A DNA stretch of 62,829 nt, filler included, from Chiloscyllium plagiosum (Eukaryota): NCBI RefSeq assembly GCF_004010195.1. It is 4 parts of one record of this genome, joined end to end, with 100 filler letters (N's around TTAATTAATTAA, not from the genome) between each part and the next. Parts side by side here need not be neighbours in the genome. Positions count along the whole stretch, not along the records: positions 37,059 to 45,709 come from NC_057710.1; positions 45,810 to 62,829 come from NC_057710.1; 2 more parts are not named here. One strand, written 5' to 3'. The position numbers were made by a program, and so were the translations under genes. The notes under the pieces were generated by a model, which worked only from the letters and a program-made list of their open reading frames with translations, was not told the DNA's origin and ran no database searches. Every line of letters begins with the position of its first letter. Positions within the stretch are counted from its first letter, which is position 1. Of the stretch, positions 39,731-51,944 are shown piece after piece.

Positions 39731-39973
39731 GCTTGTTCAGAAGTGAACTCCAGTTTTCTCTCCACAAATGCTATCAAACCCTGCTGAGTATCTCTAGCTT
39801 TCTCTGAAGATGTAACGAGTTGTGTGTCTCAGGGACAAGTGTTGGGGATTCAATTTACGACAACGTGTATAAATGACTTGAATGAAGAGACAAGTTGATT
39901 GTGAAATTTCCTTGTGAGATAAAGATTGGCTGAAATGTAAGTTGTGATAAGTTGTGATAAGTTGGGTTAAGTT

Positions 39974-41208
39974 ATGTGTGGGAAATCATGTCTCACAAAC
40001 TTGATTGAGTTTTTTGAACAAGTAACAAAGAAGATTGATGAGGGCAGAGCAATGGATGTAATCTATATGGACTTCAATAAGGCGTCCGACAAGGTTCCCC
40101 ATGGGAGACTGGTTAGCAAGGTTAGATCTCATGGAATACAGGGAGAATTAGCCAGTTGGATACAGAACTGGCGCAAAGGTAGAAGACAGAGGGTGGTGGT
40201 GGAGGGTTGTTTTCAGACTGGAGGCCTGTGACCTGTGGAGTGCTACAAGGATCGGTGCTGGGTCCACTGCTTTTCATCACTTATATAAATGATTTGGATG
40301 TGGGCATAAAGAGGTATAGTTAGTAAGTTTGCAGATGACACTAAAATTGGAGGTGTAGTGGACACCGAAGAAAGTTACCTCCGATTACAATGGGATCTTG
40401 ATCAGGTGGGCCAATGGGCCGAGAAGTAGCAGATGGAGTTTAATTTGGATAAATGCGAGGTGCTGCACTTTGGGAAAGCAAATCTTAGCAGGACTTGAAC
40501 ACTTAATGGTAAGGTCCTAGGGAGTGTTGCTGAACAAAGAGACCTTGGAGTGCAGGTTCATAGCTCCTTAAAAGTGGAGTCGCAGGTAGATAGGATAGTG
40601 AAGAAGATGTTTGGTATGCTTTCCTTTATTGATCAGAGTACAGGAGTAGGGAGGTCATGTTGCAGCTGTACGGGACATTGGTTAGGCCACGTTTTGGTAT
40701 ATTGTATGCAATTCTGGTCTACTTCCTATCAAAAGGATATTGTGAAACTTGAAAGGGTTCAGAAAAGATTTACAAGGATGTTGCCAGCGTTGGAGGATTT
40801 GAACTATAGGGAGAGGTTGAATGGGCTGAGGCTGTTTTCCCTGAAGCATTGGAGGCTGAGTGGCATGATGGGCATGGATAGGGTAAATAGATAAGGTCTT
40901 TTCCCTGGGATGGGTAAGTCCACAACTAGAGGGCATAGGTATAGGGTGAGAGGGGAAAGACCTAAAAGACACCTAAGGGGCAACCTTTTCACGCAGAAGG
41001 TGGTATGTGTATGGAATGAGCTACCAGAGGATGTGGTGGAGGCTAGTACAATTGCATCATTTAAAAGGCATCTGGATGGGTTTATGAATAGAAAAGATTT
41101 GGAGGGATATGGGCCGGGTGCTGGCAGGTGGGACTAGATTGGGTTGGGATATCTGGTCAGCATGGATGGGTTGACCGAAAAGTCTGTTTTCATGCTGTAT
41201 GTCTCTTT
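39974..41208 (+). mobile_element. CR1 LINE 3' portion, inserted into an older CR1 (~39810-42210)
   Basis: GKSCLTNLIEFFE, YMDFNKASDKVPH, KFADD, LERVQKRFTRMLP and 3' UTR. Confidence 0.92.
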
Positions 41209-41269
41209 GAACAAAGATCTGGAACATGGAGCATAATGTAGAAAAGTATGAAATTGTCCATTTAGGTCA

Positions 41270-41417
41270 AAAATCACAACACCAGGTTATAGTCCAACAG
41301 GTTTAATTGGAAGCACACTAGCTAGTGTACTTCCAATTAAACCTGTTGGACTATAACCTGGTGTTGTGTGATTTTTAACTTTGTACACCCCAGTCCAACA
41401 CTGGTATCTCCAAATCA
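41270..41417. mobile_element. Family C fold-back element with 15-bp TSD
   Basis: Near-perfect ~50-bp-arm palindrome centred on cactagctagtg; tgtccatttaggtca at 41255-41269 and 41418-41432. Confidence 0.85.
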
Positions 41418-41728
41418 TGTCCATTTAGGTCAGAAGTTTAAAAAAAGTGATATGGGAGATTGCAGAGTGGTGAGATGCTGAGATATTGTGTGTCCCATTG
41501 TATGAATAGCAAAAGACTGGGATGTCTCTACAGCAGAGGAAAGCAAATAGAATTTAACTGATTGTGAGGGAAATTGGAGTCACAGGTAGGGAGATTATGC
41601 CTCAGTTACATAGTGTAGTGGTGAGACGACATCTGGAGTACTGTGGAGTATTGCGGAATCATACAGCACAGAAATTTATTTAAGGATGTATCGGAAGCAA
41701 TTCATAGAAGGTTGACTAGACTAAAAGC

Positions 41729-41900
41729 AGCGAGGAGAAAGTGAGGACTGCAGATGCTGGAGATCAGAGCTGAAAATGTGTTGTTGGAAAAGCGCAGCAG
41801 GTCAGGCAGCATCCAAGGAAACGGAGAATCGCGTTTCGGGCATGGCTTACACCCGAAACGTCGATTCTCCCGTTCCTGGGATGCTGCCTGACCTGCTGCG
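41729..41900. mobile_element. Family A fold-back element with 13-bp TSD
   Basis: Arms gcgcagcaggtcaggcagcatcc ... ggatgctgcctgacctgctgcgc around tttcggg..cccgaaacgtc; ctagactaaaagc at 41716-41728 and 41901-41913. Confidence 0.85.
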
Positions 41901-42839
41901 CTAGACTAAAAGCTGGACTGGTCAGATCATCTTATAAGAAAGACTAAATATATTATGTTCTAATCTGTCATAATTCTGAAGAATAAGAGGAAACCTGATT
42001 GAAATATATCTTATGGGTCTTGCTCGACAGGGTAGATGCAGACAGGATATTTCCCCTTGTGGGAGAATGTAGAATCTAGAATTACTATTTGGAAGGGGTT
42101 GCCTATTTAAGATGGAAATGGTGGTGGTGAATGTATTCTCACAGAGAGAATAGAGAGGAACCTCGCAGAGAGTGGGCATTGGAAATAGTGGCTTTGAATC
42201 TTTTTCTGACTGTAAAATCCCAGATTAAAAAAAACAATAAAACTTGCCAGTGATGCCTACTGGTCTGACTTGTATACTTTCCAATATGTTGATTTCTAGT
42301 ATTAGTGTAATTTTACTGTTTTTTTCTACCTCTGGGAATAACCAGATACGTCGTGAGCTGTTGGATATGACTGGACGCCAATGCTCGGGGAAAGTGAGGA
42401 CTGTTGATGCTGGAGATTAGAGTCCAGAGTGTGGTGCTGGGAAAGCACAGCAGGTCAGGTAGCATCTGAGGAGCAGGAAAATCGATGTTTTTGGTAAAAG
42501 TCCTTCATAATGAAGCCAAGGTTGGGGGGAGGGGGGGGGGGGGGGGAGGTAATCTTGATCATAAATGCCACCGTCCCTGAGATCAGTTCAACAAAGGTAT
42601 ATTGCGCTCCCAGGCATTTGCTGGGCTAAACAAAATTTGCAAACGGTGGGGCACGGATGGCAAATGATCTGACTGAATGGCGGGACAGGTTCCAGGGATT
42701 CAATGGCCTTCTCCAGTAACCATGCTCCTGCTGGGCTTCAACCTGGCGTTGTGTGGTTGGTAACTATGTTCCCGCAGCATTCGTTCACCATGAGAGGCTC
42801 TGGTGCTCGTCCACGTGGACCAGGACTTCAACTCCCAGC

Positions 42840-43460
42840 ATTCCACCGCGCGAGCGGCGGAAGTGACGTCCTCCCCCAGGAGCGCGAGCGGTGTTGGTTG
42901 GGGAGAAGCAGGAGCTGAGAAGCTGCGAGCAGATCTTGAGGCGCTGTTCATCGAAACACTTTTACAATTTTATATATATCTAAACACATCCCATCGTCAA
43001 CGTATGTATTTCCAATAATCAACCAGGTTACACGGTCGGTTGGTAGATAGGGAGTCTCGGAAGAATTTTGATTTTTGTTTGAAGCAGCGGGTTCGTTCGC
43101 TTCACTTGCCTCCATTTTTTTTTCCCGTCGCGGTGGCGGATTTGTTCGGTCCTTTTGTCGTCGTCGTCGTCGGGGGCAAGAAATCGTTTTAATGGTCGGG
43201 GATGGCGGAAGCGGGCGCTCCTCCGTCATGAGAAAGACGGCTGTCAGCCAATGGCGGGGCGCGGCGGCTCGGGTTGCTGGGTGGATCGGCCAATGGGGGC
43301 GCGGAGAATGGCGGGCTGCGGGCGGCGGCGGCGGTGGTGGGGCAGGGACTTCCTCCGCCGGCCTGGAAACGAGTGCGTGCCTTGCGTCCTCCCATTCACT
43401 CGCGCGCACACTCTCTGGGCTGGGAGGCCCTGGGGCATGGCATCGCTCACCCCACCCCCA
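42840..43460. promoter_or_regulatory. CpG island / probable Pol II promoter of an unidentified gene
   Basis: Dense CpG in an otherwise CpG-poor window; ETS-CRE composite GCGGAAGTGACGTC at 42857-42870; CCAAT at 43248 and 43290; GC-rich boxes; ATGGCGGAAG. Confidence 0.8.
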
Positions 43461-44854
43461 CCACCTAACACCCTCTCCTCACACCCTCTCCTCACACCCT
43501 CTCCTCATCACACCCCTGAGGGGAGAGGAACGGTGCCACGCCGGGATTGTCTGCGACCAAACCGTCCTTTCCTAAAGGAACAGGGAATCAGTCGCCAGGG
43601 ACCGGTCTCCAATCCCCGTGAAATCTGTACCACAGCTGCCTGCGGGCGCCTTTCACCTGCTTTAATCATCCGTCTGCAGAATTTCCGTTACCATTTTCAA
43701 CAAAACAAAAATCAGTTAGTTAAATTTGAAAGGCTTAAGTCGGGGCCGCAGACGCGGTGTGTAGTTTGAGGTTCAAAGGCTGATCTCTAAATTCGGAGGT
43801 GTAGGTCAAATCCGCAGTCGATATTTTTAGTAAAATTCAATGGTCGGATTTTGCAACTATAAGCCTCTGAAGCAAAAAAAAATGGTAGTACATTTAAACG
43901 AGGTATTCGCTTGACTTAGGCGTGCCGTGTACGTGTTCCCACCCACCATCCCTTTCGTTTGCGATGCTGCTCCCTGGGTGTGACCCCCAAACCAATCACA
44001 TTGGTTTTCCTGCCTTGGTTTGTTTGACTTGGCCACATGTGCTCCTGTCCTTTGGCCTTGGCAGGATGGCATTTGCGTAAGAAGGTTGTTCTGGGGGTTT
44101 CCAGCCCCACCGGGAATTAACCTGCGTGATATTTGAGCAGTTGAAAAGTGCTGCTTTTCTTTCGTGGGAGATGTCAAAAATGTGGCTTGACTGTGCATTG
44201 AGATGGATGTAAAAGTCACGTAGTGCTTTTCAGAGTAATGGGTTCTTTAGATACCCTGGCCAACATTCTTTTCAACAACCAGAAACTTGATTTATCTTCC
44301 TTCATTCCTGGGCTCTTGTGTACAAATGTGAGCCAGTTTGAGTTGGCAGACTTTAACTAATGGTGTGCCACAAAGATTTGTTCAGGGGCTTCAGTTACTT
44401 GCTATTTATATTAATGACTTGGGGATGGGGTGGGGCAATGCCATGAGTAGCTTATCAAAGTTTGCAGACATCTTGTTGGGAAGGAGTGGCCTGGTAGTTA
44501 TGATCACTAGACTGTCAATCTAGAGACCTGGGTTCAAATCCTACCATGGTAGATTTTTAAAATTCATAATGGGATGAAGGTGTTGCTGGCCAGGACAGTA
44601 TTCACTGCCTAGTGGGACAGTTAAGAGTCAAACTACATTGCTGTGGGTTTGGGGTCACATGGGCCAGACCAGGTAACAATGCTGTAAATAACATTGTCAA
44701 TTGTCAGAAAAACCTATCGAATTGACTAATCATAAGAATTCCAGACTTTTATTGACTTCAAATTCCACCATCTCCTGGATTCGCACCTGGGTCTCCAGAA
44801 CATTACATGGTCTCTAGATTAAAACAATACCACTAGACTGTTGTCTGTTGCAGA

Positions 44855-46560
44855 TAGAACATAGAAGAATACAGCGCAGTACAGGCCCTTCGGCCCTCGA
44901 TGTTGCGCCGATCCAAGCCCATCTAACCTACACTAGCCCACTATCCTCCATATGCCTATCGAATGCCCACTTAAATGCCCATAATGAGGGAGAGTCCACC
45001 ACTGCTACTGGCAGGGCATTCCATGAACTCACGACTCGCTGAGTAAAGAACCTACCCCTAACATCTGCCCTATACCTACCACCCCTTAATTTAAAGCTAT
45101 ACCCCCTCGTAATAGCTGACTCCATACATGGAAAAAGGTTCTCACGGTCAACCCTATCTAAACCCCTAATCATCTTATACACCTCTATCAAGTCACCCCT
45201 AAACCTTCTTTTCCCCAATGAAAACAACCGCAAGTGCCTCAGCCTTTCCTCATACAATCTTTCTACCATACCAGGCAACATCCTGGTAAACCTCCTCTGC
45301 ACCCGTTCCAGTGCCTCCACATCCTTCCTATAGTATGGCGACCAAAACTGCACACAATACTCCAGATGCGGACGCACCAGAGTCATATACAACTGCAACA
45401 TGACCTCAGTACTCCAGAACTCAATTCCTCTACCAATAAAAGCCAGTACGCCATATGCCTTCCTCACCGCACTATTTACCTGGGTGGCAACTTTCAGAGA
45501 TCTGTGTACATGGACACCAAGATCCCTCTGCTCATCCACACTACCAAGTATCCGACCATTAGCCCAGTACCCCATCTATTAGCCCAGTACCCCATCTGCA
45601 AAGGAGCAACTTTTTCATGCAGAGGGTGGTGCGTGTATGGAATGAGCTGCCAGAGGAAGTGGTGGAGGCTGGTACAATTACAACATTTAAAAGGCATCTG
45701 GATGGGTATNNNNNNNNNNNNNNNNNNNNNNNNNNNNNNNNNNNNNNNNNNNNTTAATTAATTAANNNNNNNNNNNNNNNNNNNNNNNNNNNNNNNNNNN
45801 NNNNNNNNNTGGCTGCACACCCTCCCCCTTAAGGATTCTGATGACACAGTCCGAGACGTCTCGGACCCTGGCACCCGGGAGGCAACAAACCATCCGAGAG
45901 TCTCGCCCATGTCCACAGAACCGCCTGTCCGTCCCTTTAACTATAGAGTCTCCTATAACTAGCGCTCTCCACCTCTCCCCCTTTCCCTTCTGGGCCCCAG
46001 AGCCGGATATCGTGCCAGAGATATCGTGCCGGTCACTGCAGCTTACCCCTGCTAGGCCGTCCCCCCCAACAGTATCCAATACTTATTGTTGAGGGGAACG
46101 ACCACAGGGGATCCCTGCACTGTCTGCTTCCTCCCCTTCCCACCTCTAACTATTACCCAGCTACCTCTGTTCTCTGGCGTAACTATGTCCCTGTAGCTTC
46201 TATCTATCACCCTCTCAGCCTCTCGAATAATTCTCAGTTCATCCAACTTCAGCTCCAGTGCCCTAACGCGGTCTGTGAGGAGCTGGAGCTGGCTGCACTT
46301 CCTGCAGGTGAGGTCGGCAGGAGCATCGGTGGTCACCCCTACCTCAAACATCCTGCAGGAGGAACATTCCACTGCCTGCACTGCCATAACTCTACACTTA
46401 GTGTCCAAAACAAGAACACTAAGTAGCTTACCTGTTCAGCCGACTGAGTCCTTCTTTTTTAGGTTAGAGGAGGGAGGGAGTGTCTCAGGTTCCTTCTCCA
46501 CTCAAACTTCTTACCTTCCCAGAAGCCTCTGATGACGACTTCTGGGTTCCCGCTCTTAGT
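44855..46560 (-). mobile_element. CR1 LINE 3' end (44855-45590) and 5' end with ORF1 (45810-46560) either side of a linker
   Basis: ORF1 MAVQAVECSSC...CRKC plus SGNH esterase motifs LVIGDSIV and CLPGARV; ORF2 end RPHLEYCVQFWSP. Confidence 0.88.
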
Positions 46561-46609
46561 TGAAAAAAAAAACACAGACTGCGAAAAGAAAAACGTTAAC
46601 TGCATCTGC

Positions 46610-49600
46610 AGTTACACAGTCAAAGAGTCCTTCAGCCCAAACTGGTTCATGCCGACCAAAACGTCCATCCAGGCTAACCCCATTTCCCTGCACTTGGCCC
46701 ATATCATTTAAATCTTTCCTTACCATGTCTTTACCCAAATGTCTTTTAAATGTCATTAGCATGACTACCTCAACAACTTCCATTGGCAGCTCATTCCACA
46801 TGCGTACCACCCTCTGTGTAAAATAAGTTGCCTCTCAGGTTCCCTTTTATTCTTTTCCCTTTGACCTTAAACCGATGCTCTCCAGTCTTCAATTCTCCAA
46901 CCCTGGGAAAAAGACTGAGTGCATTCACCCTATTCTATGCTTCTCATGATCTTATACTCCGGGGGAGATACTAAATGAGTATTTTACATCAGTATTTACT
47001 GTGAAAATGGATACAGAAGATATAGACTGTAGAGAAATAAATGGTGACATCTTGCAAAATGTCCATATTACAGAGGAGGAAGTGCTGAATGTCTTGAAAT
47101 GCATAAAGATGGATAAATCCCCAGGACCTGATCAGGTGTACCCTAGAACTCTGTGGGAAGCTAGAGAAGTGATTGCTGGGCCTCTTGCTGAGATATTTGT
47201 ATTATCGATAGTCACAGGTGAAGTGCCAGAAGACTGGAGGTTGGTTAACATGGTGCCACTGTTTAAGAAAGGTAGTAAGGACAAGCCAGGGAACTATAGA
47301 CCAGTGAGCCTGACGTCGTTGGTGGGCAAGTTGTTGGAGGGAATTCTGAGGGACAGGATGTACATGTATTTGGAAAGGCAAGGACTGATTAGGGATNNNN
47401 NNNNNNNNNNNNNNNNNNNNNNNNNNNNNNNNNNNNNNNNNNNNNNNNNNNNNNNNNNNNNNNNNNNNNNNNNNNNNNNNNNNNNNNNNNNNNNNNNNNN
47501 NNNNNNNNNNNNNNNNNNNNNNNNNNNNNNNNNNNNNNNNNNNNNNNNNNNNNNNNNNNNNNNNNNNNNNNNNNNNNNNNNNNNNNNNNNNNNNNNNNNN
47601 NNNNNNNNNNNNNNNNNNNNNNNNNNNNNNNNNNNNNNNNNNNNNNNNNNNNNNNNNNNNNNNNNNNNNNNNNNNNNNNNNNNNNNNNNNNNNNNNNNNN
47701 NNNNNNNNNNNNNNNNNNNNNNNNNNNNNNNNNNNNNNNNNNNNNNNNNNNNNNNNNNNNNNNNNNNNNNNNNNNNNNNNNNNNNNNNNNNNNNNNNNNN
47801 NNNNNNNNNNNNNNNNNNNNNNNNNNNNNNNNNNNNNNNNNNNNNNNNNNNNNNNNNNNNNNNNNNNNNNNNNNNNNNNNNNNNNNNNNNNNNNNNNNNN
47901 NNNNNNNNNNNNNNNNNNNNNNNNNNNNNNNNNNNNNNNNNNNNNNNNNNNNNNNNNNNNNNNNNNNNNNNNNNNNNNNNNNNNNNNNNNNNNNNNNNNN
48001 NNNNNNNNNNNNNNNNNNNNNNNNNNNNNNNNNNNNNNNNNNNNNNNNNNNNNNNNNNNNNNNNNNNNNNNNNNNNNNNNNNNNNNNNNNNNNNNNNNNN
48101 NNNNNNNNNNNNNNNNNNNNNNNNNNNNNNNNNNNNNNNNNNNNNNNNNNNNNNNNNNNNNNNNNNNNNNNNNNNNNNNNNNNNNNNNNNNNNNNNNNNN
48201 NNNNNNNNNNNNNNNNNNNNNNNNNNNNNNNNNNNNNNNNNAAGAGGGGAAAGATATAAAAGAGACCTAAGGGGCAACATTTTCACACAGAGGGTGGTAC
48301 GTGTATGGAATGAGCTACCAGAGGGTGTGGTGGAGGCTGGTACAATTGCAACATTTAAGAGGCATTTGGATGGTTATATGAATAGGAAGGGTTTGGAGCG
48401 ATATTGTCCGGGTGCTGGCAGGTGGGACTAGATTGGCTTGGGATATCTGGTCGGCATGGTCAGGAAGGGTCTGTTTCCATGTGTACATCTCTATGACTAT
48501 ATAATATACCCTGCTAGTCTCCTATGCTAAAGAGAAAACGTCCTAGCTTCAATTCTGATCTCCCTTTTAGCGAAAGGATGTTGCGAAACTTGAAAGAGTA
48601 CGGAAAAGATTTGTAAGGACGTTGCCAGTGCTGGAGGATTTGAGCTATAGAGAGAGACTGAATAGGTTGGGGCTGTCTTCCTTGGAGGCTGAGGCGTGAC
48701 TTATAGAGTTTTATAAAATCATGAGGGGCATAGATAGGGTAAATAGACAAGGTCTTTTCCCTGGGGTGAGGGAATCCAGAGGTCATAGTTTTTGGGTGAG
48801 AAAGGAAAAATATAAAAGGGACCTAAGGGGCAACGTTTTCACACAGGGGGTGGTACGTGGATGGAATGAGCTACCAGAGGAAATGGTGGAGGATGGTGCA
48901 ATAACAAAATTCAAAAGGCATCTGGATGTCTACATGAATATTATGTGTTAGAGCGATAAGGGCCAAGTGCTGAAAAATGGGATTAGATTAGGTTAGGATA
49001 TCTGGTCGGCAAGGATGAGTTGGATTGAAGGGTCTGTTTCCATGCTGTACATCTCTATGATTCTACAACTTGTCCAATCTCTTCCTGTAACTCAGACTGT
49101 TGAATCCTGACAACATCCTTGTAAATTTCTTCTGCCCTCTTTCATGTTTAATAACATCCTTCCTATGGTAAAGTGACCAAAACTGAACATAATAATCCAA
49201 GTGTGTCCTTCCCAATGTCCTGTACAACTGCAATATAACTTCCCAACTTCTATACTCAGTGGCCTGACTGATGAAGGTCAATGTGCCAAAAGTCTTATTC
49301 ACTGCCCTGTCTACCTGTGACTCCACTTTCAGAGAACCATTCACCTGAACTCCAAAGTCCCTCTTTTTCACTACACTCCTTCAGTCTCTGCCAGTCATCA
49401 TGAAACTCCTACCTTGATTTGACTTTCCAAAATGCAGTGCCTCACAATTATCTATATTAAACTCCATTTTCCATTTCTTGACCCACTTCACCAGCTGATC
49501 AAAGTCCTGCTGCAATTTCTGATAACTTTCCTCACTGTCCATGATACCACCCATTTTAGTGTGCTCTGCAAACTTACTAATCATGCCTTGTACATTCTCA

Positions 49601-49665
49601 TCCGAATCATTGATATAGATAACAAACAGCAATGGGCCTAGCACTGACCCCTTCGGCACATCACA
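46610..49665. mobile_element. Cluster of CR1 fragments (46610-46960 minus, 46960-48500 plus with gap, 48555-49062 plus, 49063-49665 minus)
   Basis: [37 protein letters not shown] and repeated CR1 3' UTRs. Confidence 0.88.
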
Positions 49666-49878
49666 AGTTCTTTTGGTTTTTGTTTAGCATTTAACTCACT
49701 GCCACCTCTCCCCTAGGTGTGCCCTCCTTGAAGACGTTCTGCTCTTTTCTTCCTCAGGATTTCCATTCTAATATTGTTTCTTGTCCACTGGCATTAATTT
49801 CACTGTCACTCCTGGTGTTTGACCAGGTATTTGCTAAAACATGTTTCCACAGCCACATCACATTTCTCAGTGACTGCT

Positions 49879-49914
49879 GTTCTGAGGAAGGGTCACCGGA
49901 CCCGAAATGTTAAC
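49879..49914 (+). ncRNA. Minimal type I hammerhead motif heading a family B short element
   Basis: gtt-CTGAGGA-A-GGGTC-accg-GACCC-GAAA-TGTT-aac: paired stem I, perfect 5-bp stem II; TGTT is probably CpG-decayed CGTT. Confidence 0.7.
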
Positions 49915-50299
49915 TCTGATTAGCCTTCACAGATGCTGCCAGACCTGCTAAGATTTTCCAGCATTTTCTGTTTTGGTTTCCGATCTTTTTAAACTTGTCC
50001 TGTTTAATAAAAGTTAAGGTTACAAACTGGTGAAAGTCTTTACAATATCGAAAGCTCCTACATTTTATGTTTCTATATCAATGTTTCGAATGAGGGAGCA
50101 GTGCAATGATTGAAAATGAATCTTACTTGGCTCCCAGGATATGGAGGTCTCAGCATCGCCATTCTCTCCTAGTATCCTCTACTTCATTGACAGGGAGTGC
50201 TGCACATACATGCTGTTAGTTATATAAATTTGTTTCATCACTTGGATGTCACATCCAGATGATATCTCTGTAAATTAACATTATTTGTCAATGCTACTT

Positions 50300-51935
50300 T
50301 AGAGAAGATTTGTAGCTCAGGTCGTGGATCAGGTTGCACGTTTGCTTGCTCAGTTGGTAGATTTGTTCTGAGATGCTTTGTCACCACGCTAGGTAACATT
50401 ATTAGTGAGTCTCCGATGAAACGTTGATGTTCTGTCCCAATTGCTATTTATGTGTCTTGGTCTGTCGCGGTGAGTGATATCACTCCCCATTCTTTTTCTG
50501 AGAGGTTGGTAAATGGGGTCCAAATTGATATGTTTGTTAATGGAGTTCTGTTTTGAATGACAGGCCTCTAGGAATTCCCATGTGTGTCTATGTTTGGCCT
50601 GTCCCAGAATGAATGCATTATCACAGTCGAACTGGTGTCCCTCTTCATCTGTGTGTATGGATACTAGTGATAATTGGTCATGTCTTATGGTGGGTAGTTG
50701 GTGCTCATGTATCTGGTGGCTAGTTTCCTGCCCATCTGCCCAATGTAATGTTTGTTGCAGTCCTTGCAGGGCATTTTGTATATGATGTTTGTTCTGCTGG
50801 TTATTGGTACAGGGTCCTTTAAATTCATCATGAGCTGTTTCAGTGTGTGGTAGATTTATGGACTACCATGATGCCTAGGGGTTGGAGTACTCTAGTCATC
50901 ATCTCTGAGATGTCTTTGATGTATGGCAGTGTGACTAGAGTCTCTGGGCATGTTGTGTCTTCTTGTTGCGTAGGAATCGATGGACTGCGCTTATGAGATA
51001 CCCGTTGTTCCTGAATACATTGTATAAGTGTTTTTCCTTGACTTCTCTTGTTCCTGGGTGCTGTAATGTGTTGTGGCTCATTTAAATAATGTCCCGATGT
51101 AGCTCCGTTTGTGGGTGTTGGGATGATTGCTCCTGTAGTTGAATATCTGGTCAATGTGTGTGGCTGTCCTGTAAATCATGAAAGGTATAGACAGGATAGA
51201 TAGAGATAAGCTTTTTCCCAGGGTGAAGGATTCAATGACGAGAGGCCATGCTTTCAAGATGAGAGGTGAAAGGTTTAAGGGGGATACAGGCTGCAAGTAC
51301 TTTACACACAGGGTGGTAGGTGCCTGGAACGCGTTGCCAGCAGAGGTAGTACAGGCAGGGACAGTAGATTCATTTAAGATGCGTCTGACAGATGCATGAG
51401 TTGGTGGGGAGCAGAGGGATACAGATGCTTAGGAGTTGGGCGATAGGTTTAGACAGTGGATTTAGATTGGTTCCGGCTTGGAGGGCCGATATCCTGCAAG
51501 TACTGCAACAAACATTACATTGAACAAGTGGACAGGAAACTAGCCACCAGGATACATGAGTATAACTAGCCACCAAAAGACATGACCAACTATTACTGGT
51601 ATCCATACACACAGACGAAGACAGACACCAGTCTGACTGGGACAGTAAATCCATCCTGGGACCAGCTAAACAAAGATACGCATGGGAATTTCCAAGAGGC
51701 CTGGCATTCAAACCAAAACTCCATCATCAAACATATCAATTTGGACCCATTTACCAACTTCTCAGAAAAAGAACTGGGAGTGATATCACCCACCACAACA
51801 GACCAAGACAGATAAATAGCAAATGGGACAGAACACCAGTACTTCATTGAAGGCTCACTGATGATCTTACCTAGCATGGTGGTGAAACGTCTGAGAACAA
51901 ATCTACGAACTCAGTGCGTAAATATACAACCTGAT
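50300..51935. mobile_element. Penelope-like element with inverted arms and a CR1 tail (51175-51490) at the junction
   Basis: Minus arm: HPNTHKRS, TLPYIKDISE, GIY-YIG region. Plus arm 51490-51935 repeats the GIY-YIG end and terminal repeat in the opposite orientation. Confidence 0.85.
51854..51895 (+). ncRNA. Hammerhead ribozyme motif in the Penelope terminal repeat
   Basis: ctca-CTGATGA-T-cttacc-tagcat-ggtggt-GAAA-CGTC-tgag: perfect 4-bp stem I, intact core, partly decayed stem II. Confidence 0.75.
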
Positions 51936-51944
51936 TATTTGTAG

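Noticed and set aside
42523..42547. Long G runs here and at 60185-60201
   Set aside because: Simple homopolymers, possibly sequencing artefacts.
42700..43769. Overlapping ORFs in the CpG island
   Set aside because: Low-complexity products expected from GC-rich DNA; no recognisable protein. FAM219A, the human DNAI1 neighbour, was looked for and not seen.
45555..45709. Short tandem duplication and strand switch between CR1 pieces
   Set aside because: Lies at a contig end beside a linker; likely mis-assembly.
47001..48431. 476-aa and 330-aa ORFs
   Set aside because: Length comes from an N gap; the flanks are ordinary CR1 ORF2.
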